Source: Phoronis australis (Eukaryota > Animalia > Phoronida). Taken from it: a stretch of DNA of 64,000 nucleotides. The notes beneath the pieces are model-generated. The model was not told the DNA's origin and did no database searches. It saw only the letters and a list, made by a program, of their open reading frames with translations. The stretch's first letter is position 1, and the number at the start of each line of letters is the position of its first letter. Location of the stretch: positions 25,150 to 89,149 of the forward strand of contig NMRA01000014.1 of assembly GCA_002633005.1 (NCBI GenBank). The letters are read 5' to 3'. Below, piece after piece: positions 31,401 through 45,376 of this stretch. The position numbers and the translations under genes were made by a program.

Positions 31401-34400
31401 AAATTATTTCTAGTCGATGATCCGGTAATAATTACATGACTAATTGTGTATTCGGTAATTATGAAGTGAGAGGTTGAGACCATATTTCTGTCTTAAGTCT
31501 TATTAAGTCACTTTTCATGTAACAGATCCTAGATGCACGTGATATAAAGACCTAAAAACACAATGAATATTAAAATCTAAACCACCCGGGGTGTAAATGA
31601 GTGAAAACAAATCTTGAAAAATCACTTGTGGAGGAAATGTTAGCATTAACTTTCCAGGTATATGAGTCAAGTTAATATGATTGTGTTATTCCACTGTTGT
31701 TCCCATATTGGACAAGGTAAGAGTAATATACAGTTTGCCAATGTTTATAAGGGTGTTCTACACATTAGAATAACTTTTGTACAAAAACAACAAAAATAGA
31801 GATTTAGCAGTCTAAGTATCAGGCTTCACTTGACAGTTCTGAATATTTTTAATGTTATTCCTAGTTGAATTTCGGTCCTATACAAATACAACAGAAACCC
31901 TGTCAAATAAATGCTGAATGTTCATAGGCCAGCACTGTCAGCCCTCAGACATCTACACTAACTTACAATGAACTCCTGATCCCAGGTACAGCAAGGACCC
32001 TGACAGATACACACTGGGCCTTCGCAGGTCAACACTGTCTGTCCTTGAGCATCCATGATCTTGTACTTGGGAGCCAGACAGCTTACTCTATAAGAAAATA
32101 CATCGAATGCCTAAATGGCACACTGAAACATGATGATTAGCAAATAATTTCCAAACTAATTGTACTCCTAAGTATGTGAAGTGATTTTGTATGAGTGAGG
32201 TGGGTATGATATTACTAACAATTCAATAGGCTGAAAACTGAAAACAGAAAATGAAAATATCTCACCAGGAGTCTTAATAAGTTATGATGCCAGGCCACAT
32301 AAAAGAGAGGGTGACACAAAAGTCCCACATAAAAGAGAGGGCGACACAAAAGGCCCACACACAAGAGAGGGTGACACAAAAGGCCCACATAAAAGAGAGG
32401 GTGACACAAAAGGCCCCTTTCCATACACTTAACTCCACTACTATCGAACCTTCCATGTTAACAGTGGTTAACTTTGAAGCTTTAATTTAAACGCATTACC
32501 ATTCCCATCAGCTTCCCAGTTATTTACACAACCACTTCATCAGAGTTATTGTAAGTTGGCACTAAGAAGAGCTATACCTAGTACACGTTGTACTGTCAAC
32601 TGCTTGTCTTACATTTTAAATCAGTTATTACATTATTTGACCAAACAGTAAATATTAACCAGTCATTGCTCGCTGCTGGCAAACACGTGAAGCATGCCGA
32701 TAACTTCGGTGGTATCCACATTGAGCATTCCCATTGTTGCATGCATTAGTCTTTTGTTGTTAAATCCACCTCTACATTCCAGAGTAAACTCGTGCTGTTT
32801 ATTTCCATCTAAGACCAAAGTTAAGTGTTCCCACTGACCAAAACTATGCTAACACGGAAACTTCAGAGCCACTGAGAAAGTTTGAACTGAACACATCAAA
32901 ACAAGTGTGTGAAGGAAACTCAGCACTAACTAACGCTTAAATGTCACAACATCAGCGATAGAACATTTAAGACACTTTGTGACAAGTTGGGCTTAGTATG
33001 CAGTAATCTTCCATTGTCTCAGTTATGAGCAGGCATAAAAAGACCAGCCAACAAAAAGCACTTAACGCATGGTGTACTTGTCCCAAATAGACACTCACGT
33101 TTGTTTGACATATCCAACAACTTGTCCGGGGGGTGACTCAACTGAGATCTCCATAGCACAGCAGTCCATTCCTGCACAACAGTTACCGCCACCACAGCAC
33201 TTAAACTCTCTGTTGATCAGGATCACCTCCTAGAAAAATTCAATGTCAAGACAGTATACTTTCAGTTTAGCACAGCTAAAATTTGAGCAATTTTCCAATT
33301 TTTGTTTCCATAAATCAACCAAAAAGTTGTTCAATTCATCATGGCCAAGACGCCGTCGGATACACACTACACAACTGTCACTACAGTAGGATCAAAAACC
33401 TAAGATACATCTGTATTGTAGACCTATGTCACATATCAAATTATAACTAAACATGATAAAAAATTACAACTAAGTGTAGCAGACAATATAGTCAGCTTTA
33501 CTTGGTTCATGTTGTCAGTGACGTGCATCTGGAAGCCTCTCTGTGGCCCACAACACTGCCTCATACACATGTCTGACTCTGCAACCAAACGAACAAAAAC
33601 ATATTAATAAATAATGACACTAAACAAGTTTAGAACCAATAAAATAATGAAAAGTTCCATAACAACCAAACACTTAACATACCTTGACAGTTCTATATGA
33701 TAACTCCGTGACTTGTTCACAAACTAAAAACAAATGACACTTCATGGCACTGCTAGCACTCTCCATGTGTGAACAAACATCAATTCTCAAATAAAAATAT
33801 GAAAAATATTAATGACAGCACCTGTGACACTCGTCATAACAACAAAAGCTACTCATGTTTTCATACAAGAATACTGTGTAAACATTGTTAAAGACATGAC
33901 AGTTTGCTCAGTCATACAGTCAGGCACTTTTTAATTCAATGGCAATTACAGGCTTTTGCAAAAATCTATCAGCTGTGCTAAACACCATGAAATATCAACT
34001 GGACAAAGTACACACATACCTTCTTGTGCAAAATACACCTGCTGCCCAAGGGAGTTCTTTATCTGATATCTGTTCTTGGTTTCCCAGTTTGTAAAAGCTA
34101 AAATGTACAAATTATTTTAAAAACATTTCCAATATTTTTGAACAAAAAATCTACAAAACAGAGAAAATCAAATTTCATGAGAGTTGAAATAATGACCTTA
34201 TTGTGAAAACGCAGCCACTAGCAAGATAGATGGGTTCAAATGCATACTAAGACATTGACAACAAGTTGTCGGTGAAATTCTGAAGCAAAGTGGGTTGAAA
34301 TTCAGGATCATTAAACCAATATTTCACTGTGACCAAACAAATTCTTTCCATTGAATGGATGCATAGATGACTACATCTACATCTAACACTCAACAAAAAA

Positions 34401-37400
34401 ATTAATAATTACCCAGTAATGCTATGCATGTTTCTCATTATTTATTAAAATTACAGACACAAATAAATGCCTGAAATAAGAACCTCAACCAAACTTAAAC
34501 ATAATTTGGGAGATTTCATCTACAATGCTGTTGTCACTTTTCAAATGCACTCCGTTGTAACAGTTGTGGGCATATGAACCTCTGTTGACTTCACAGTGCG
34601 TGTAAGCTGATTTGTAAATTGCATTTTAGATGGTAAGATTTAACTTCAGTATGATCAGATGTGAGCCTCACAGCAGTGTTTCCCCTGGGCTTCGAAAAGA
34701 GTGTACAGTGGTGGTAATTGGTCCCAGTGGGAAGCAAAGCCTGTTGCTGCACGTGAATATGGGAAGTGGGATCCCCTATTCCCTGGGCTTCAAAAGAAGG
34801 TGAATAGTCACAGTGGATGTAGAGCCCAGCACTGCAAAGAAAAGCCATTGTGTGATCTCATCAATTAAAGATGTGTTAGGAAGTGGACACGCCAGGTTAG
34901 GGCTTCAGACTACTCATCAAAATTGAATTCACCAGCTCTAGGCACCCACATAGATGCTATCTAATTCTGTTTAGATCTGTTCTATTATATTTTTGCTCAA
35001 CGTAAATCAGTTGGATAGGTGTTAGCCAACACAGCAGACAATTTATTCATCCATTCCATGCCGATCACTACTGAGAGAACTAGATTGATTTCTGATTCAT
35101 TAAACTATTCATACAACATAATTCTCATTGTTGTACAACCTCTTCTGTAAATGTGAACAAACTAAAATTAATAAAATTTACCTTTTCTCTACTGTTTCAT
35201 AAGTGCTCACAGGTGCTTTGCCATTTTAGAAAAATAATTTCACGGTTGTTGTCTAGTCCCCAATTGTATTCAACTGCTGTGCATTCTCAGAAAACCAGGC
35301 AGTACCGAATGTCAGTTAGGTCACTAAGCAACCCCGAGGAAGGAAGGGTATAAAATGATTATGTTGAAAAAGGGGAAATGTTCAAAATCTGATTAAATTG
35401 TTTTTCCCTTTCAATCCACAAACATTGACAGTAGCCATGTAACTTGTGTATTGCATATTCATTTTTACAAGCAATTTTTGCATAGTGTTGAAGTTTTCCA
35501 GTCAGGATTAGGTAGGTGGTGGTCAATTTAGGGAATTTACAAGAGGCTGGGACACAAAGGAGCATGGTGAGCCATCCAGATTTGTACACGTGGGCCAGGA
35601 AATGCTGCCTCAGAGAACTTTTGGCACAAACGATTTCATTGGTAATCTATGTATACTTAACTTTCAATGCATTTTGAGGTTCGCTCTCAGTCTTTTATTT
35701 GTGTATGACAGTAGCTTTTTCAGCATGTTGCAGTTAACCTGACTGTGCTTTCAATATTAGGTGTCATCAAGTGACAGATGTTGTGTTTCAACATATTTTT
35801 ACATGTCACCAAGTTATCTGTAATGTCACAATGTACTGTTTTTCATTTGCAGGCTGGCACGTGCATTATTTTATGTACTGTCAGTTAGATGAAGTAAACA
35901 ATTTAAGAAACATCCCACAATGCATCTGAAATATGACAGCAGCGACGAAGATAAAATCCCCGAATTAACCTGCATAGTTACACTTACAGTTCACACGCCA
36001 TCTTAACTTCCATCTAAAAGGTTTAAATATAGAAACAAGCAAATTCAAATTAGTTTATTAAAACATGTACGTTTGATTGTTGAAACACTGTAATGCTTGA
36101 AGAAAGCAAATTGGTCAACAAGCTGACGAACCTTCAAAGAGCTCCACCTGTTGGTGAACAAGAAGTTGGTCAATCTGTGTCAGATATTCCAGCCCAGGAG
36201 GACAGCCAGCTACATCTGGTTTTTGCATCCAGACAGGACCTTGGGGCTGACCAGCCATGCCTAGGTAAGTGGAGAGGAACACCAAGATGAGAGAGCAGTA
36301 AGTACCTATCTTCCCATTGAATGATTATAATATTACCAGATACCACAAAAAGCAAATCTAAACAAATGAGACAATACTAACATGTACCATATCAGAGACT
36401 ACGTAAAGACAAACTGGATTATAAAATATCCTAATTAATATCACGAAAAAATAATCCTTTCCCATTAAACCCAATGGCATGTAAATAATCCCACTGCTAT
36501 AAACAATGTCTCTGTCACTCAGGTCACTGTGTCTGTGATATAAGTCGCCGACTCTAGCCATTCTCAGGCTACTACAAACTAAACAATCCCTAAATCCAAC
36601 GTAATTGAGTTCTCTAACAACCCAGCTTGTTGTAGAATACTCGTCGATGAGAAGAAGTGACGACAATTTTAGGAAACCAGCACGAAAACAGCTGTAGAGC
36701 AAATCCTCACAGCAAGATCAAACGCAGACAAAAATGGCAGGAAATTCTTAACCCCCTAAACATCAGTTCACGAGTAGGGCACGACTAATTAATAAAATTA
36801 CGGGAAGCCGTAATTACCCGAAACATCTGCCTGGGATAATCAATAAATCGAGTTTTTACTAAAAATGACATGAAAAAAGATTGCCTTCTCCTTTAATGAC
36901 ATGTCACACCTGTTTGAGTGAATCTCATGTAGTTCACAGTACATGGGCGACGCAGCACTGAAAAAAGTGGGGGGCTATAGCCCCCCAACCTCCCCTATGG
37001 TGCGCCGCCCATGCTGTAAGCAGTGTGTTATTATTTTACATATAAGTGACTATTTGAATGCACCTAGAACACATTGGGGAAGAATTTACATACTCATAAC
37101 TAAAATAGAAACATGAGTCCAATTGTACATAGTAGTCATTACTTGAGTCATCAAGTCACACTGGTCAATAAAAAGAAAATATATACTGGATGCTTCAGTC
37201 CAGTGTCTTCAAGTACACTCGACTGTCTCATTTTAGTTACCTGGTTGCATCTGGAACATTGGCTGGCCTTGAGGTGGCGGTCCACCATACGGTGCTCCAT
37301 AACCCTGGGGTGGTTGTCCATAGCCCTGCTGTGGTGGGGCATAGCCCTGGGGGGGTGGGGCATAGCCCTGAGGGGGTGCCGCATAGCCCTGAGGGGGTGC

Positions 37401-40400
37401 GGCATAGCCCTGAGGGGCTGCATAGCCCTGAGGAGGTGCAGCATAGCCCTGTGGTGGGGCACCATACCCCTGGGGAGGCACGCCTGGCTGACCTGCGAAT
37501 TATAAGACAAAGGCGAATTCAGATTTTTTTCCACACAAGAAATTAAATGAAAATGATTCTAAACCTTGTTTGTCAATCATGTACAATGTGATGTGTGATG
37601 CCTATACTAGGTTTGCGTTCGCTGCTCGTCAGCTCACCATTGGCAAATTCAGAGCGGCACTGGCTATAGTGGAGCTAAGTCCATTTGCCAACTTGGCGAA
37701 TGCTTCTGCAACTTGACAACGTAAGTTAATTTTGGGAAACCCACTCGCATGTTGACACACAGTCAGCTCGAATCAAGTCGCGCTGCAACAGTCATTTTTA
37801 CTTTAATTCCAAGTCCTAAAAATAGCAAGCGAATGTTCCATTTCATGTCTGACATTTCCCCTGAAATAACTCTTTTACAAGAACAAAATGTTCAACTGTG
37901 GGGGGTCAGCACTCTTGGTAATGTCGATTTCTTCCTTCATAGTGAGATCTCGTGTAGGTGCTGCCGCTTGTCGTCTGCAAGTGACAATGCTAAAACGATG
38001 AAAGCATATGAATAATGAAGTTACAGTATTTTGATGTAACCAGTACATGCTTTGCTCTGTGGAAACTAATCCATGCAGTCAGACACTGTTCCAAAACAGA
38101 TGGCCTGATAAGGGCTACTGAATACCAAGTGATAGATCTTGAGCCCATCATTACAGGCTAATAATAAAATGTAGACCTTAAGCCATCCAGGAATGTTGGT
38201 GATATTAACAGTTAAAACTGTTGTACTAGATTACCTTTTCTTCTTCCTAGATCTTTGGAGACCTCTTGTCTCCTTCGATAGGATGTTGACTTGATGAGCC
38301 GCAGGAACACTGGTCACATGGGATGTCGAAACTGGCTCAATATTCTCGTTCCAGGATGAGGACAATTTGAGTCTGGCGCCATCTAGTTTGTTGAAAGAAG
38401 GCTGTAGTGCTGTGATGTAAATAGTCTCCTGCATACGTCTCTCAAACCAGTTCTTTTCTCTGCACAGCATCTCAACATTTTCATTACTAAACTAATAAGT
38501 GTGTTCATGCAGTTGATTATTAAATAAACACGGGTTATTGCAGAGCCAGAAAATGTGACAATGACTAGTCATGTAAGAAATAACCCGTGTTTATTTATAA
38601 TGGCGATCTGTAGAAGTGTTCACAGGGACTGTAGGCTGGAGGTTGCCATATTGAGAACAGCCGGTGCCACCTATAGGGGAACATAGTGAGCCCTCTAGTG
38701 GCCGATTATCTAATTATTCACAGCTAATGAACAGAACTGGGTTGAGAGACATGTGCTAGAGGCTCTTTACATCACAGCTCCACAGCTTTCTCTCAACGAA
38801 CTACGTGGCACCAGATTCAAATTGTCCTCGTCTTGGAACAAGAGGCAATATCGCGATCCAACGTGACCAGAGTTCCCACGCCTCATCACATCCCATCGAA
38901 GGAGATTAGAGGTGTCCAAAGATGAAGAAAATCTGGAAGGTAATCCAGCAGACCAGTTTTAACTGTTAATACCATTATAAGGCAATGTTACATAACGACA
39001 CTGGCATGACAACTGTCTGGGACATATTTTGAGTTCCAATATGTTGTCAAATGTAATGAAGCCCATGAGGAAACTACAATGTTCATCAGCAAGGCTTCAC
39101 TTCCACCAGCTTTGACACTGAGTCCACATGTAAATGTCACTAAATAATTTCATGAAAACAATATATATTTGCAGTTGCAAGAAAATTGGCAGAGTAAACA
39201 ACCATGTTTTAATTGGCAGAGTAAACAACTATGTTTTAATTGGCAGAGTAAACAACCATGTTTTAATTGGCAGAGTAAACAACCATGTTTAAATTCCCCT
39301 AAAGAGCAGTCGTAACTATCGCCATTATCATGACTATACAAAACGTACTTTTCTAACCCCTCCTTCCTCACAAACGTGGATGGTTTGGATTTAGAAGACA
39401 ACAGTCATTCACAAAAAAGTGAGTAATGCTTGAAAGTTCAGTTTTCATCTACTTGTTGACATCTTATTAAAATGAAACCATCACTTTCAAACAATCTTCC
39501 AAGTCTTGAAGTAAAAAAGCAATTAAAACAAAGCATTGAACATTGAATTTTGGCCTTTTCCAAAAAGCCATTTTTATAATTTCCACAGCAAGCCTCCATA
39601 ATTCCCTCCCCCAACCCAAAAGCATGCTAGCAGCAAGCTTCCCTACACTCCTCCCCAAAGAGTATGTGATTGTCGCGTGAAAATGACAATAATTATGTAT
39701 GGTTTGAAAAACAAAACATTTTCATTGAGCTGACAAGCACCAAAATTCAAATACCTCGGTAATATGCAAATGTGTCGCTAAAATTTAAAGTGCATGTAGC
39801 TTTAAAACAAAATAGTGTTTCAGTTGAAAGCTGGTGGTAAGTGATGCACAATGCAAATATTTTCAAAACAACAAATTCACACCACCACCAACGAAATTTC
39901 ACTCCATGCACAGATAATTAACCAGACATTGATATCAGCTGGTATCACTCGGTGGACACTAACAACATGGAGAACACATCTTACCTGGCTGTTGATACTG
40001 TACCGCAGGCACTGGGTGAAGAGGAAATAATTACTCTGATATACTGTTTACTATAAAGGCTGTCTTTTTCTATTATGGTTTAAGCCTGAACGTGTCATCA
40101 ACTTTTAAGGCAGATTATTTTGTGTTAAATTTTAACATTTACCTTCACAACCTCTCATTTGTTACCAATATTAAGCTTTATTTGACGTTAGTTTAATGCA
40201 ACACATTTGTATTCCTATAGTAGATTTACAATGCAATAAAATGTCACCAATATGGTCGACAAGCAGAATTTTATTTCATTTGACCCCCCCCGAGTGGCCA
40301 GCACACTCACTCAGGTAAAATCAACATTCCTAAGCAAAAGTCATGCCCATACACATTTACCTGATGGCATTGAGCTAAGAAATGCCCAACGATACAATAA

Positions 40401-40796
40401 GTTAGTTTTCAGGTGTTTTTTTGACGGACTTCAACATATAACCTGTTTGAAACCCCCATAGAAATCTGACGTCACATGCTGTCTGCACATACAACAAAGA
40501 AGTTTTGGCAGAGTGTGCTGAAGATCAGATCAGCTGATTTGATTTAACTTTTAAGCTTTAATACATAAGCGGTTTACTTTGCTTCCAATGTTATCTATTA
40601 AAAATATAGGCAAAACTCTACATAAACATACAAACTTCACACTATTAAGTAAGTTTGAGTTAAATTTTCACAAAACAATGAAATTCCAAGAATGTCACTA
40701 CGTGAACACACAATGATCTTTGGAAAGATAAAAAGAGGATGATAAGTTGGGTGTTTTACCTTGAGCTTGGGGTTGTCCTTCAACTGGAGCACTCAT
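28458..40796 (-). CDS. PLSCR: Phospholipid scramblase (PLSCR family), 351 aa. Complement join: 40760..40796,39985..40011,37241..37492,36132..36260,34020..34097,33502..33578,33099..33229,31967..32087,30733..30835,30065..30123,28458..28499
   Basis: Pro/Gln/Gly/Tyr-rich N-terminus, then [59 protein letters not shown], a Cys cluster, [64 protein letters not shown]. All introns are GT-AG, phases are consistent and the total is 1056 nt. Confidence 0.95.
28725..29128. repeat. 27-bp minisatellite (ggaccgtgcataccaaagctccaccat)n, about 15 units
   Basis: Seen directly; the 9-aa periodic ORFs in all frames are by-products. Confidence 0.95.
30415..30724. mobile_element. Non-autonomous DNA transposon, 5-bp TSD GTACT, inserted 8 nt from a PLSCR donor
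   Basis: gtact|caggggcggatcc...aaatctgccactg|gtact. Confidence 0.9.
30817..31080 (-). repeat. 33-bp tandem repeat x8 spanning a PLSCR splice acceptor
   Basis: Minus-strand unit atgcattattgtag|gtgagatcagctgatgaaa; the last unit provides the first 19 nt of exon 30733-30835. Confidence 0.95.
32294..32416. repeat. 30-bp tandem repeat x4
   Basis: ccacataaaagagagggtgacacaaaaggc units. Confidence 0.9.
36942..37013. mobile_element. 72-bp mini DNA element (TSD cagta/ctgta, one mismatch)
   Basis: catgggcgacgca...tgcgccgcccatg TIRs; homologous to 25119-25190. Confidence 0.8.
38198..38975. mobile_element. Inverted pair of Penelope-like GIY-YIG 3' fragments (38198-38490 minus; about 38725-38975 plus)
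   Basis: [31 protein letters not shown] resembles the PLE endonuclease C-terminus (ILDRE..WFER.VKEAIYI....PSLN.D.G); the second copy is a diverged reverse complement. Confidence 0.75.
39183..39291. repeat. 27-bp tandem repeat x4
   Basis: aattggcagagtaaacaaccatgtttt units. Confidence 0.92.
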
Positions 40797-41789
40797 ACTT
40801 GGTGGTTATTATCTGAAACATGAACAAGAACTTGATAATAAACGTGCTTTCCCATGACGGGCACAGACCACACATAGGGAAACAAGAATACGTACCGTTG
40901 GGCCTTGTAAATAGTGACCACATTTATACTACGCAAAAAGGAAATACTGTGACCATGTTTATACCATAGTTGATATGAATGCTCAATGTTAACCTAGAAG
41001 TGAAAATACTTGAATTCCTCCTAAAAATGTGGCCCATCTTTATAAATTCCAGAAGATGAAGAATATTCAGCTTTACATGCACTCCTATTTTCAATGTGGA
41101 ATTTACCATGTCTATATATTGCATTTGCAAGATTTTATGGTAAAATTCAGCAAATAAGACCCTATACTCGACCATGTTCACCAGTACACATAACCCAGGA
41201 ACTACATGTTGATTTGGTAATTTTGAAGGTAGAGTGGCACCCCCATTACTAGTAGGTAGAAGAAAGAAGCCTCAACAACGCTTAAGCAGGGCTGGATCAA
41301 ATAAGACACTGCGAATTGAGATGATTCATCAGAGTCAAGAATCAAGAGCCCCAAGAGGGGATACTAGTACTCTTACAAAAAGACTGTTATAATACGAGAC
41401 ATGCCACTCAGATGTGACTTTTTATGATCAATTCCATAAGGTCTGGTATCTTTTACAACTGAACACCCAACAAAAGGTTCCATCTTGCAACTCTGTGAAA
41501 GATAGTTTTTTTAATAGCTTCAAAATTTTGAGAAAACAAGTACTCATATCATACAACATGGCATGTCTTTTTGTACTGTTTCAGGCTATTATGCATAAAA
41601 GACAACTGTCTACTAGAAATTCAGTGTCCATCTTTTGCTATAGAGTACGCCTGGAACATGCTGTTTCATAGTCAATGAACTTAACTTTACAAAAAAGATA
41701 CTAGCGACATCTATAAACAAGACAGAGAATGAGTATTGGGACCAACTCAAAACTTCATATCATTGCATTCCAAAAGGTAACTGCTACCA

Positions 41790-43435
41790 CACCTTAATGG
41801 ACGAGTAAGTCCCAAACAAGATAACTTTACAAGATAGCTCTACATTCATACCGGTAAAGGGTTCTTTAGTTGTAGACTACATTCTTACGCAACATGAAAA
41901 TTTACCTCATCTTAAATGCCAATTGTCATATACCGTTTGATTTTACTTTATTTCTGTTTCTGTTGACGAAGGACGTTATTATATTCGGAAATTTCAGTTG
42001 ATCCGTTCTTGTTGTTTTATTTACCTATTTATTTCAAATTGTCTGAAATTTCAAATTGATTCATACAAAAAACTGGTAGACAAATTTGATCTTTTCAGTG
42101 AGCTTTCTGGTGTTTGCCATATACCAGATTATTCTTTACTTGTCCTCAATTCTTATGTGCATTGTAACGGCAACTTTTCACATTTAAAATAAGTTGGCAT
42201 TGGTTTTCCAAAGAGATATAACATGCACTCAATTCCCAAAGGCTTTATAAAAATAAAATTTTTAATACGGCTATAAGAGAATTGATTCATTTTGCATTTT
42301 GGCGTGTAAAGCAACACAAGAAAACATTGACAATATGCACATTATGTTTTGTAAGAATATACTTGATGAGATGGACATTTTGCTATAACTCAAAGAACAT
42401 GAAAGAAAATTTAAAGCGAGCAAATCCTATTGATGTGCTGAATTGTCCGAGCTTCTGAAAGCTGTAAGTTTCATGGAAAAAAGGTTTCTGAAATGCAGCG
42501 GCTCTTGAGAAGAATGCTCTTTACTTGGACGCCAAATTCAAAATGCTCAGGTACCATTTGAAAAATTTCACAGGAGAACCGAAAGAAAATTTTTTAGAGA
42601 TGAAGCTGACCATATAGAATCTGACTTCAGTAACCCAACAGAATTTTGGAAGTATATTAAGAATTAAGGCCCTGTGAGGATACCTGTGGAGGTATATGAT
42701 GATACTGGTCATGTTATTACCCATAACCAATAACCAATACATTTTTAATAAATGGAAGAATGAGTATGAATCATTATACAATAGGCCAATTGTAAATAAT
42801 TTTGACCAGGAATTTTATGCTGACATGCTTCTCAAAAAAGCTGATCTCGAGTCGTTTTATAATCTTGACTTTGATGAAAATAGTATTTTGAATAAAAATA
42901 TTACAGACGAAGAAGTAAAGCAGGTAGTGACGAAATCTAAATATAATAAAGCAGTAGGAATTGAACAAATATGTGTTGAACAATAGACTGGGTATGCGGA
43001 AGGAAATGGGCTCCTTGTTGATAAGCAAAATTATGGCTTTCGTCGTGACAGAGCATGTGTTGATCATGTCTTTGTTTTGACCTCAGTTATTTGCAACCGC
43101 TTGAATAACAAAAAGCCAGCATTTGCAACTTTTACTGGGTAGACAGAAAAAAATTCTTTTTGAAACACTGGATCTGAAGATAGATGGGAAGTTTTATGAA
43201 TTAGTATAAAATAACTATGCCGCAACTCAGTCCTGCGTTAAAATGAATAATACCTTTATGGACTGGTTTTATGCTTCAAACAAGGAGACATTTTATCTCC
43301 AACTCTTTTTGCACTATTCATAAATGATTCGGCAACGGAATTAAAACAATTAAAGTTAGGAATTCTTAATGGTGCTGAAAATGTTTCAGCTTTATTCTAT
43401 GCGGATGATATAGTAGTACTCGCCGAGAGTGCTGT
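41790..43435 (+). mobile_element. Decayed non-LTR retrotransposon (APE endonuclease + RT remnants, CR1/L2-group-like)
   Basis: Fragments LNGRV..DNFT, VVDYIL, QNYGFRRDRACVDHVFVL, QGDILSPTLFALFIND and LFYADDIVVLAES, with stops and frameshifts. Confidence 0.88.
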
Positions 43436-44451
43436 CTTTGTCACACTGGTCAGGTCGAAACCGAAGTACATTTTTTGTTTGAATATCTGTTTTTCTTCCA
43501 TTTACCAGAAATACCTTTTACTCTCAAGCTGTGATTAAATATCCATGTTTTTGTGCTGAATGCTACAAAAGTAAATTACTTAACATTATGCAAACAGAGA
43601 TTATCTGGAAAACTGTATTCTTCATGAAAAATACTAAAGGTACGGAAAATTTTTAGTTTATGTATGATCACTCTCTCACTGTTTCCTTTTTGATTCTCTT
43701 GCTTGTGATGCAATGCGTGTACACTACTTGTTTTTTCCAAGCGACTTATAATAGGGCTTGGAATGACCCATGACAAAAAAGAGGAAATTTTTTACTGCTT
43801 CATTATAGTACATTGCAATCTGAACAACTACATTAACAGATCGAAAGTAAACATTATTATCACAAGATGCCCTATAACTGTGTCATGTTGGGGAAACGCA
43901 CCCATCACAAGCGGGGACAGATTGCAATCATCACCAAACAGCAGTATCTGACATCTATTTCAGTACCAAAGATGAAGGCAATTAGATGCAACAAAAGATA
44001 TTTTTTTTTAATTTAAAACAATTTAATGATGCAACATTTGTAGTGTGAGTGACAGAAGCTTATTTTTTGATTTTTGATTTGCTGCAGAGAGACCTATAAA
44101 ATTATTTTCAGTCCTTATAATTACGATATAAAATTATAAAAATTTTGAAAATCGATCCAGATTATATGGAAAGCCTGAAATACATACGCGTTTAATTCCA
44201 ACGCAAATGGAAAAAAGTCAAGAAGAAAACCTGTGGCACATACCCCAACTGTTAGCATAAAAAATGAAAGTCAAAAAACAACATAACGAGAGAAAAAAGC
44301 GGAAATCTGGATTTCCGCTGAAAATTCCAAGCCTTGTTATAAGCCCCGTGGTGGGCTCGGTGTTCCTGTTTTGTTATTTGTTGCTTTGTTTCATCATGAA
44401 GACCACATGTCACAATAATGAAAATTTACTTACTTTTACTTAATACTTACT

Positions 44452-44836
44452 TACCAAGATAATAAAAGAACCTATAGAGTACAACTATTAAAACTAAAAT
44501 CATACCAGTGACATCATGCATAATCACTATGCCAATTGGTAGGTCTAAGTGTTACATACAGGAGGAACGAGTAGTTTCTAAAGAACGTAACCTCCAACCG
44601 TATGTCGCCAAGTGACACCCCTTCACCTGAGGTTACTAGTACACAACAGGAAAATTCTGACTCACTGACAGCACTACCTCAGACTACCACACCCACAACT
44701 GGCACAAGTCATGTGCAATGGTCATCTTACGAGAGAACACTTAGACCTACCACTTGGCATAGTGACTATGTATGATGTCACTGTTATGATTTTAGTTTAG
44801 ATGTACTCTATATCATGTACTTTTAATATCTTGGTA
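44452..44836. mobile_element. MITE-like element with about 100-bp imperfect inverted arms
   Basis: taccaagata...ctatgccaattggtaggtctaagtgtt vs aacacttagacctaccacttggcatag...tatcttggta. Confidence 0.7.
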
Positions 44837-45025
44837 GCAGTTACCTTTTGTTGATGAGGTGGATGTAATATGAAGTTTTGAGTTGGTCCCTATACTAGTC
44901 TTGTTTTTAGATGTTGCCAGCATCTTTTTTATTCTTGTTCTACTTCCCGTCTGAAACATGCCGTTTCATATTCAATAAACTTGTTTACAGTCACGTTGCT
45001 ATAAGTAGCTTTGGCGCATCAGAGT

Positions 45026-45217
45026 GACACCTTAGGAGGCCATTGATGTCTTCAATTCCTTCCAAGTCAAACAAATACTCAGTAACCGAACTTTTTGAAC
45101 AGTCCTTCATTCAGTTGACCAAATCGACAAAGTCACCAAGAGATATATAGTTTGATTACTAGAGTAGTTGTTCAAATTGGAAGGAATTACAGACATTGAC
45201 GGCCTCTTAAGATGTCC
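45026..45217. repeat. Imperfect inverted repeat (MITE-like)
   Basis: gacaccttaggaggccattgatgtc..aattccttccaa vs ttggaaggaatt..gacattgacggcctcttaagatgtc. Confidence 0.65.
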
Positions 45218-45294
45218 CTTCATGCACAGATTTAGTAACGCGATTTTCTTGGTTTAATCAGTGTGAGGTATAACTCCTCAAAAAGCTTCTGGCA

Positions 45295-45376
45295 TATGAA
45301 GTGTCTATGGGAGCATCATCGTATGAAGTGTCTATGGGAGCATCATCGTATGAAGTGTCTATGGGAGCATCATCGT
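45295..45376. repeat. 27-bp tandem repeat x3
   Basis: tatgaagtgtctatgggagcatcatcg units. Confidence 0.92.
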
